This document shows positions 56,804-64,000 of a DNA stretch of 64,000 nucleotides, piece after piece. The notes beneath the pieces are model-generated. The model saw nothing but the letters and a program-made list of their open reading frames with translations. It did not search any database and was not told where the DNA came from. Made by a program: the position numbers and the translations under genes. Each line of letters starts with the position of its first letter. Position 1 is the first letter of the stretch. Origin of the DNA: a virus; the IMG/VR virus record IMGVR_UViG_3300032246_000381, positions 8,446-72,445 of that record, one strand, 5' to 3'.

Positions 56804-58968
56804 TGGGATTTAATTTTAAAAATTTTAAACATAAGTCTGAACCAAGAGAAAAGCCGGCTGACCTCGAGGATCGTCACAAGGCTATGCTTGCGGCGATTGC
56901 GCCTTATGCTAAGACCAGTGTTCAAAAAAATGTTACAGATGTCACTATTGATTATGCCAGTAGAAATACCAAGTTAATATTAGTGTTGATGCCAGAATGG
57001 TCTGCACGATTTCCACCTTTCAACCTTGCACGTCTAAGTGCAGTGGCTAAAGAAGCAGGATACCAAACACGTATACTAGATGTTAATGCTAAATGTTACA
57101 GAGAATACAGATTAAATATCAAACCAAAAAATATTGTCAATTTTACTTTATGGAATCCAGCAAGTAGTTGGAGATGGGTGGGAGAGAATTATTATAAGTT
57201 TGTTCATCCGTTGTTTGAGGAACAATACAAGGAATACATCAAGGATATTGTAGACTACGCACCTGATGTTATTGGATTCTCAATGTATCAGTTTAGTGAA
57301 GAACCGACTAAATGGTTGATTACTGAACTTAGAAAACAATTACCTAATGCAAAAATAGTAATTGGTGGCAGCAATGTACAACACGGTTGGTTTAAAATTG
57401 AACCCTATTACAATTATGTTGTTAATGGTGAGGGCGAACAAAATATTTTAAAAATATTAGACGAAGTTGAAACGGGGGTTACTCATTCAACTCCGCAGTA
57501 TCTTACACAGCCAGAAGAACAACGTATTAATTTAAATAATTTACCTATGCCAGATTATTCCAGCATAGATTTTAACGATTACGAAATACCCAACGGTGCT
57601 CTAAGTGAACTAAGCCGCGGCTGTACAGCAAAATGTACATTCTGTGAAGAAACACATTTTTGGAAGTATCGACAGCGTCAGGCAGTAGATGCATTATCTG
57701 AAATAGAATATCTCTATTATAATAAAGGTACAGATATTATTTGGTTTATTGATAGCTTAGTCAATGGCAATCTAAAAGAACTACGTGCCTTTGCTAAAGG
57801 AGTTGTAGCGAAAGGTCTCAAAATCAAATGGACAGGATATGCTCGGTGTGATGGTCGTATGGATCTTGCCTATCTACAAGACCTTGCTGACAGCGGATGT
57901 ATTGCTCTTAACTATGGTTGTGAAAGCGGTAGTCAAAAAGTGTTAGATGATATTGACAAAGGTGTTACTGTAGCAGAGATGGAACAAAACTTCCGCGATG
58001 GGAAGCGTGTGGGAATCTATGCAGCAACAAATTGGATCGTGGGATTTCCTACAGAAACATATCAAGACTTTGCAGACACAATGACATTCTTATGGCGTAT
58101 GCGTAATGAGAATATCAACAATATCGGCACAGGTATGGGCTTTGGTCTAGGTCCGGAAACTATCGCAGGACAGAATCCAGATAGATTTAATCTGTCAGGA
58201 CAGAAGTACCTAGGGTTTTGGATTACAAAAGATTTTAAATTAGGTGGAAGTCACGTGCTTACTCGTGTAAAAGGTTTCAACATACTTGTTGACAATCTTG
58301 CACCAGAGCAGCACATTGATTATCCGGTACGTCCTGATCTTGCCAAGTATCACTATGATTTAACTTTTAATAATGATACTACTCGCAAAGACCTAACTTA
58401 TGAAAAGTACGATTATAATATTATCAAGACAAACATAAACCCTTACGCCGACAGTCTTGTAAATGAAATATGGCCTACACTTCGTACTTTATGGCGAGCC
58501 CGTGGCGGTTACAGTATTACGATTAATTTCTCTCCAGAGTTGGATACAGCAGAATTTGGTGGACACTTTGGTACCGGACAGTACTGGGCTGAATATCATT
58601 TTGTTATAGATGACGCGGGTAAATGGACAGCTGATTTTAAAATTAAATTCAATCAAGTCCACGATACAGAAAATGATCCACGGGAATCTCATAGACACGG
58701 CCCGTTCTTTGCTCAAGAGTATTCTCGTATGGACGGCAACGCTGCTAAACGTGCTAGGAAATTAGCCAAGCCGGTATGGGGAGAACAAGGCCGATCACAT
58801 CAAGAGTTTGAAGAATTGTTAAATGAAGAATTTTATCTTAATCAGACTACTGAGTGGAGTTTTGATTGGGCTTGGAAAGGACAAGGCGATTGGAGTGATT
58901 ATCAACAGTACGTAGTAGAAACTCCCAACTACCAACCTATTACATTTTACAAAACTGTCGAATTGTAA
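56803..58968 (+). CDS. cobalamin-binding (class B) radical SAM enzyme, putative methyltransferase
   Basis: PPFNLARL..PDVIGFS..IVIGG..GEGE B12-binding domain; SRGCTAKCTFC; GCESGSQKVL; IVGFPTET. Confidence 0.88.
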   Translation: MGFNFKNFKHKSEPREKPADLEDRHKAMLAAIAPYAKTSVQKNVTDVTIDYASRNTKLILVLMPEWSARFPPFNLARLSAVAKEAGYQTRILDVNAKCYREYRLNIKPKNIVNFTLWNPASSWRWVGENYYKFVHPLFEEQYKEYIKDIVDYAPDVIGFSMYQFSEEPTKWLITELRKQLPNAKIVIGGSNVQHGWFKIEPYYNYVVNGEGEQNILKILDEVETGVTHSTPQYLTQPEEQRINLNNLPMPDYSSIDFNDYEIPNGALSELSRGCTAKCTFCEETHFWKYRQRQAVDALSEIEYLYYNKGTDIIWFIDSLVNGNLKELRAFAKGVVAKGLKIKWTGYARCDGRMDLAYLQDLADSGCIALNYGCESGSQKVLDDIDKGVTVAEMEQNFRDGKRVGIYAATNWIVGFPTETYQDFADTMTFLWRMRNENINNIGTGMGFGLGPETIAGQNPDRFNLSGQKYLGFWITKDFKLGGSHVLTRVKGFNILVDNLAPEQHIDYPVRPDLAKYHYDLTFNNDTTRKDLTYEKYDYNIIKTNINPYADSLVNEIWPTLRTLWRARGGYSITINFSPELDTAEFGGHFGTGQYWAEYHFVIDDAGKWTADFKIKFNQVHDTENDPRESHRHGPFFAQEYSRMDGNAAKRARKLAKPVWGEQGRSHQEFEELLNEEFYLNQTTEWSFDWAWKGQGDWSDYQQYVVETPNYQPITFYKTVEL

Positions 58969-60113
58969 GGTATTGTATTAATCAATGATAGATTGTGTTC
59001 TATTATTGGCAGCATTTCTTCATACATAGTACATAACTCGTCTAAAGATTTACTGTTAATAAAGTCAATAATATCAAATATTTGCTCTAGTCTTGTTTGA
59101 TGATCTTCTTCTAGATCGTAGCTTTCATCCCACCAATGATCAAAAGTTTTAAACCCAAAGGTCTTTAGATATTCGAGACTTCTCGGAGGTGCTACTAATA
59201 GGATAGGCAACTTATGATACATTGCACTTAAAGTTTTTTCGCTGAAATATCCTAATGGTTGTGCATATCGAGTTTCGTTAATTACTGCACAAAAAGAATC
59301 TGTATAGCTTTTAGAAAATCTATCAGTGTACTTGGGAGAATTACCTCCAGGAATATAAACATCTCCCGCAGATTCTATACTAACAGGCGACAATGTTTGA
59401 TCTATTGAAAATACTTTATCTTTTAAAATATCAGCGCCTTCTAATAGTCTAGCCTTTCTAGACGATTGTTCAACGTCAAACCACGCATTAGATTTAAGTA
59501 TACTAGAGTCGCATTTAACATTCCAACTATAGTTCCCGTCTAAGTTTACTAGATAAGACATAACAAGATGTCTGTGTGCAGTGTAACGCCAGTTGCCACA
59601 CCAGAATTTCTTTTTAATTTCGTTATTAGATTTTTTATTTCTTACTAACCTATGTCTAAGAAATATATCTAAACAATATAGATTTAAATTGGGATATTGA
59701 GATTGTAGTCTTTTTATATTATAATCTGATGTGTATATATTAACATTTGTTAGATTATTGTTTCTAATAAAAATTTCTATACTATCTAGCTCGTCGGAAA
59801 GAATGTCAGTATCGGTATTTTTAAATTCACTGTAGAAAGAACAGTTATGATCATCCCCTTTGCGTAAACACATCGGTTCATACAGATAAATGCCCAACCC
59901 TAATTTGTTAATCTTGTTTGCAATTTTTTCGCTGTAAATTAAATTTTCTAATTTTACAATACGATTAGTTCCTGTATAGATATAGTAGGGAGTTGTTACT
60001 TCAGATAGAAAACAAAAGTCTACTAATTCAGATTGTAGAAATCCTAATTTAGTAGAGAAGTTTTTTCCATCGCGTGGAATATTACTATAAAAGAGGTCTT
60101 GTTGATAGTCCAT
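58947..60113 (-). CDS. putative GT-B glycosyltransferase-like protein
   Basis: NWRYTAHR, VINET..FSEKT..P..LKTFGFKTF..WDESYD; third paralogue. Confidence 0.62.
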   Translation of the reverse strand: MDYQQDLFYSNIPRDGKNFSTKLGFLQSELVDFCFLSEVTTPYYIYTGTNRIVKLENLIYSEKIANKINKLGLGIYLYEPMCLRKGDDHNCSFYSEFKNTDTDILSDELDSIEIFIRNNNLTNVNIYTSDYNIKRLQSQYPNLNLYCLDIFLRHRLVRNKKSNNEIKKKFWCGNWRYTAHRHLVMSYLVNLDGNYSWNVKCDSSILKSNAWFDVEQSSRKARLLEGADILKDKVFSIDQTLSPVSIESAGDVYIPGGNSPKYTDRFSKSYTDSFCAVINETRYAQPLGYFSEKTLSAMYHKLPILLVAPPRSLEYLKTFGFKTFDHWWDESYDLEEDHQTRLEQIFDIIDFINSKSLDELCTMYEEMLPIIEHNLSLINTIPYNSTVL

Positions 60114-61024
60114 TACTCTCTAACTAAATCCAAAGTAACACAGTGATGTCCGCCACCGAGTGTTCTACTATGTCTTAACGGTACTCCGATTGATTCTACT
60201 TTATGTTTTGCTAATTCTTGTCTAAGATGAGTTTGATAAGGATCGCAAATAACTAGTTTTGGATTTACGGTTAAGAAATTTAATCCTATGTATTTGCTGG
60301 CATAGGGATATTCTACAAATGATTGAGAATGTAACTGTTCGCCAGTGATCCAAATTTTATCCCAAGATTTCAATGGTTCTGGTACAGTATCTTCTGTAAG
60401 CCTATCAGCGTTTAATACAACCAGCCCCTCACGTATAGGACTTATAGTACTGTCGATATGTACACCACGATAGATATTAGTTAGAACGTGAACGGTATAT
60501 TCTGGAAATGCTTTTTGTAACCATTCTGCTCCAGCAAGATTTCCGCTGTCACTTACAAGATATAATAGATCTTTGCCTAGTCTACAGATATTAGCAGCGT
60601 CAAACGTAACATCCTTAGAAGAACAATGTAGCATTTCGCCTTCTAATAAATGTTCGATTGCCAACAGCTCTGGTACACGAGTGCGATACATCATAGGTGC
60701 ATCAACAAATTTATTTCCTAATATTAATACCCTGTCACGAGGACAGTAATTATACATACCATCAAATGATTGAAAATCTAAATCTTTAGGTCTATGTACA
60801 ATAATATCCAACGACTGTAAATGACTGGATAAATTATCAAGGTCCTCGTTGGCCTCATCAATGACCCATTTTGTAACAGGTCCTTTAGGAACAGGAGAAA
60901 ATGTCCAAGCAGTTGTTTTTTCTAAAGTTCGAAATGATTGACAATTCACTGGCCAGTGTGCGTTAGTTGCCGACCCTACAATAATTTCTCGTAACTGACC
61001 CCATTCATTATTGCTATTCAACAA
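60113..61024 (-). CDS. amidinotransferase (glycine / inosamine-phosphate amidinotransferase family)
   Basis: NEWGQLREIIVG, YCPRD, FDAAN, HIDST, LGGGHHCVTLD (Asp-His-Cys catalytic motifs). Confidence 0.9.
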   Translation of the reverse strand: MLNSNNEWGQLREIIVGSATNAHWPVNCQSFRTLEKTTAWTFSPVPKGPVTKWVIDEANEDLDNLSSHLQSLDIIVHRPKDLDFQSFDGMYNYCPRDRVLILGNKFVDAPMMYRTRVPELLAIEHLLEGEMLHCSSKDVTFDAANICRLGKDLLYLVSDSGNLAGAEWLQKAFPEYTVHVLTNIYRGVHIDSTISPIREGLVVLNADRLTEDTVPEPLKSWDKIWITGEQLHSQSFVEYPYASKYIGLNFLTVNPKLVICDPYQTHLRQELAKHKVESIGVPLRHSRTLGGGHHCVTLDLVRE

Positions 61025-61604
61025 AATTAATTCTCCTGCAATCTGGATATTGTTTTTCTTTAGGAGTGTAATCTCCTGCTTCTATATATGTTGCTAGTTT
61101 TTCTAAAGCTGTTACGCACTCTTCTGGATTTAATTTATAATGAAATCCTAACTTAAATTCTATTTGTTCGACCCACGGACTGACTGATAGATCCCTGCCG
61201 TCGTATCGCATTTTTAAAAGTTCTTCGTATGTTTCTTTGTTATCTAACAGTATAGCACCGCCTCGTCCGTTATTCAATGGCTTGTCGTAGCCAAAGCTCA
61301 AACATTGTAATTGACCTTTACGATACATTTTGTTTTCTAATCTACGAGCACTATCCCAAATAGCAGTACCGTGAAAGTTATATTCTCCGACCCAGGTCTC
61401 GTCTAGTAACTCGTAGTCGATGCCCAGCTTGTGCATAGTCATCGGTATACTTAGATATGTATAGGCTGTAAATGCACAATATTTTATTTTAGAATATCGC
61501 ATACACAGTTCTATTGCGTGAGTGCAACAGTCTGTACTAACAGCGTAAGGAGCCCCAGTAAACTTTGCTAGGGCAGTTTCAAATTCTAAGATTTTATCAA
61601 ACAT
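61014..61604 (-). CDS. short DegT/DnrJ/EryC1/StrS-family PLP-dependent sugar aminotransferase
   Basis: FETALAKFTGAPYAVSTDCCTHAIEL, DSA, SFGYDKPL (PLP Lys), GGAIL, YDGR. ATG at 61604 overlaps the previous gene. Confidence 0.8.
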   Translation of the reverse strand: MFDKILEFETALAKFTGAPYAVSTDCCTHAIELCMRYSKIKYCAFTAYTYLSIPMTMHKLGIDYELLDETWVGEYNFHGTAIWDSARRLENKMYRKGQLQCLSFGYDKPLNNGRGGAILLDNKETYEELLKMRYDGRDLSVSPWVEQIEFKLGFHYKLNPEECVTALEKLATYIEAGDYTPKEKQYPDCRRINFVE

Positions 61605-62097
61605 CGGTAAATGTGATCTGTGCAGTATATCGAGGATCACTTCCTAAGTTTGCAGCCATATGTGGTGTATCATATTGCCATACAACATATTCTCCAGCTC
61701 GATAGTTTGTTATTGCAGTATCATTGATTTCAAAAATGTGTCCAGGTTTCCAATCTTCTAGAAAAATAATAGCCCTCCAGATCGTGCTAGTATCTTTGAT
61801 TGTAAATATTTTTTTATAATATTCGTAAGTATCTTGATGTCGAGGCAATATAACACAGGTATCCATCTTGTAAAAACTTAAACCTATATTAGCGCCTTTG
61901 AATAATGAAAAGAAAGGAGTTGTCCAATCAGGCATAGAACTTTTCATATCAAACATTTCGCCTGTGAAAAATTCTTGGGTATATCCTTGAGCTCTCCATT
62001 TGTCTAAATCGCTTTGATTATTAAATGGTTCTCGGACATACTTTAGGTCTTTGTGTTTATCACTCCAGAATGGTTCTATCAAACCTTGCCTATACAA
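61597..62097 (-). CDS. putative 2OG-Fe(II)/cupin-fold hydroxylase
   Basis: LPRHQD (HxD), PHMAAN (distal His), RYTAQIT; TTG start after a GGAG RBS. Confidence 0.7.
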   Translation of the reverse strand: MYRQGLIEPFWSDKHKDLKYVREPFNNQSDLDKWRAQGYTQEFFTGEMFDMKSSMPDWTTPFFSLFKGANIGLSFYKMDTCVILPRHQDTYEYYKKIFTIKDTSTIWRAIIFLEDWKPGHIFEINDTAITNYRAGEYVVWQYDTPHMAANLGSDPRYTAQITFTDV

Positions 62098-62110
62098 CTA
62101 TTATCTCCAA

Positions 62111-62131
62111 TAAATATGCTACTATTATTTA
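62111..62131. promoter_or_regulatory. pair of opposing late promoters (TAAATA on + at 62111-62116; TAAATA on - at 62126-62131)
   Basis: CAATAAATATGCTACTATTATTTATTTG between divergent genes. Confidence 0.65.
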
Positions 62132-62143
62132 TTTGAGGTTTTT

Positions 62144-63367
62144 ATGCAGATTGGTTTTATTGGAGTTGGTAAATTGGGAATGCCGTGTGCTGAAGCGATT
62201 GCTCAAAAAGGACATTCAGTGACCGGATACGATGTAACAGATAGACACAGCAATTACATTGATGTCGTTGATAGCATAGAAGCCTGTGTACACGGCAAAG
62301 ACATTGTATTCATTGCAGTGCCTACTCCTCACGATCCTGCATATGACGGCAGGGCTCCTACAGCCCATTTAGAACCAAAAGACTTTTCTTACCATATTGT
62401 CATAGAGTGCCTCAAAGAAGCAAACAAGTATATGAAAAAGGACCAGTTGTTAGTTCTTATATCTACAGTGCTTCCGGGAACAGTAAGACGTGAATTTGTT
62501 AAGCACGTTACTAATACTAGATTTGTCTATAATCCATATTTGATTGCTATGGGATCAGTAGCCTGGGATATGGTTAATCCTGAAATGGTAATGATTGGCA
62601 CAGAAGATGGTAACGAAACCGGAGATGCAAAGCAGTTAGTAGATTTTTACAAGACTGTTATGGAGAATGAACCTCGTTATGTTATTGGAACCTGGGACGA
62701 GTGTGAGTGCATCAAAGTATTCTACAATACTTTCATCTCTGCTAAAATTGGTCTTGTTAATATGATACAGGATGTTGCTATCAAACAGGGCAATATCAAT
62801 GTGGATGTAGTAACAGATGCACTGGCTAAATCAACAATGCGTATTATGGGACCACAGTATATGAAAGCTGGTATGGGAGATGGTGGTGCTTGCCATCCTA
62901 GGGATAATATTGCTCTACGATATATGGCACAAGAGCTAGGTCTAGGGTATGATCTGTTTGATAGTATTATGAATGCTCGCGAAATACAAGCAGAAAATCT
63001 TGCTAAAGAATTAGTTAGACACGCCAAGCAAAATAGAATGTCGATCTTTATCCACGGTAAGGCCTATAAACCTGATGTAGAATATCTCGATGGCAGTTAT
63101 AGTTTATTAATTGGACACTACTGCGAGCAGTTAGGATATGCGCCTACGTATATCGATCCACTTACTGGTGATGATATGGGCGGAGTATATGGCGTTGTTC
63201 TGTTAGCACACAACAAAAAAGTTACCTACGAATATCGTGGTTTTGAAGAACAACAGGATCTTTATTGCATAATAGAAAAAGGGTCAATCGTAATTGACCC
63301 TTGGAGAACTTTTGATCTAAATAACAAAGATTACAAAGTAATTCACTACGGTAATACTAGAGCATAG
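62144..63367 (+). CDS. ugd: UDP-glucose/GDP-mannose dehydrogenase family protein
   Basis: GVGKLG Rossmann motif, IAVPTP, STVLPGT, KVFYNTF, GDGGACHPRD (catalytic Cys), AYKP. Confidence 0.9.
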   Translation: MQIGFIGVGKLGMPCAEAIAQKGHSVTGYDVTDRHSNYIDVVDSIEACVHGKDIVFIAVPTPHDPAYDGRAPTAHLEPKDFSYHIVIECLKEANKYMKKDQLLVLISTVLPGTVRREFVKHVTNTRFVYNPYLIAMGSVAWDMVNPEMVMIGTEDGNETGDAKQLVDFYKTVMENEPRYVIGTWDECECIKVFYNTFISAKIGLVNMIQDVAIKQGNINVDVVTDALAKSTMRIMGPQYMKAGMGDGGACHPRDNIALRYMAQELGLGYDLFDSIMNAREIQAENLAKELVRHAKQNRMSIFIHGKAYKPDVEYLDGSYSLLIGHYCEQLGYAPTYIDPLTGDDMGGVYGVVLLAHNKKVTYEYRGFEEQQDLYCIIEKGSIVIDPWRTFDLNNKDYKVIHYGNTRA

Positions 63368-63662
63368 TTTTAGTTGAATCTCCGATATCCTTTTTAAGTT
63401 TATCGATATCAATTTTAAAATCCATTTTCTTAATCGTATCTTTATATTCCTGCATTGTCTCTAACAGTCGGTCGGCAATTTCATCAGGGTTAGAATCAGT
63501 TAACTGTTCTTTGATATCAATTTGCCAGACACGACCATTATCGAATTCGATGTGAACGGTGACTAGATAGGCCACCGGCATCGTGTTCATATACAGGTCC
63601 TCAAAAACTTCTGGCCACTCTTTGACTAAATGTCTCGGCGGCCTAAATAACGGTTTAGGCAC
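63357..63662 (-). CDS. hypothetical phage protein
   Basis: 101-aa ORF overlapping both neighbours; WPEVF motif. Confidence 0.7.
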   Translation of the reverse strand: MPKPLFRPPRHLVKEWPEVFEDLYMNTMPVAYLVTVHIEFDNGRVWQIDIKEQLTDSNPDEIADRLLETMQEYKDTIKKMDFKIDIDKLKKDIGDSTKTML

Positions 63663-64000
63663 TGGTTTCTTCTACCGTCTTAGTTGTTTTCTTTTTTGGA
63701 GGATCTAACTCGTCTGCCTGTTTACGAAGCTGTGCGGCTTCCTTGTACAATGCATCAGCTTGGCTACGATAAGATTTAGCAATGTCTGAATCAGAAAGAA
63801 CTGCATTTTCTGCGGCCTGTGCTTTAATAGGAGCAGCGTCTGGAGCTTTTGGTGATTTAGTTTGTGCTTTAACTTTTTCAGCTTCACCGCCTTTAACAAA
63901 AGTACATAGATCGTCGATCGTACAGTTCTTTTGTTCAGCAATCATAACATTTAAGTCTGCTAAGATCACTTCAGCATTTGGATTTGGAGTCATAATCACA
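63655..64000 (-). CDS. hypothetical phage protein (3' part; 5' end outside the window)
   Basis: Open frame runs to the window edge; YRSQADALYKEAAQLRKQADELDPPKKK C-terminus. Confidence 0.7.
   Translation of the reverse strand, partial: VIMTPNPNAEVILADLNVMIAEQKNCTIDDLCTFVKGGEAEKVKAQTKSPKAPDAAPIKAQAAENAVLSDSDIAKSYRSQADALYKEAAQLRKQADELDPPKKKTTKTVEETSA

Noticed and set aside
1-64000. Stop-codon reassignment as seen in some jumbo phages
   Set aside because: Genes are full length and tightly packed under the standard code, and TAA, TGA and TAG all end genes.

Overview
The window is a 64-kb piece of a large T4-like (jumbo) tailed dsDNA phage genome read with the standard genetic code. From left to right it has five parts. 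(1) The end of a probable baseplate-hub/chaperone gene pair with a candidate -1 frameshift. (2) Minus-strand Ala/Gly-rich proteins that look like internal head proteins. (3) A ~460-nt densely structured non-coding element directly downstream of a GIY-YIG nuclease gene, followed by a 2OG-Fe(II) oxygenase and the gp46/gp47/gp55 module. (4) A long plus-strand baseplate and tail module (gp48/54-, gp53-, hub-, gp5-, gp25-, gp6-like genes, a 4.5-kaa wedge protein and paralogous tail fibres), with a U32 Fe-S enzyme gene inserted among the fibre genes. (5) An ~18-kb enzyme cluster: four radical SAM enzymes, about seven glycosyltransferase-like proteins, an SGNH-like protein, an amidinotransferase, an aminotransferase, an oxygenase and a UDP-glucose dehydrogenase. 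TAAATA late-promoter motifs precede both the structural genes and the enzyme cluster. The most notable signals are the nuclease-adjacent structured RNA-like element, the late-expressed glycan/tailoring cluster, the frameshift, and apparent avoidance of CATG. All product calls come from recognising motifs by eye; no database searches were run.
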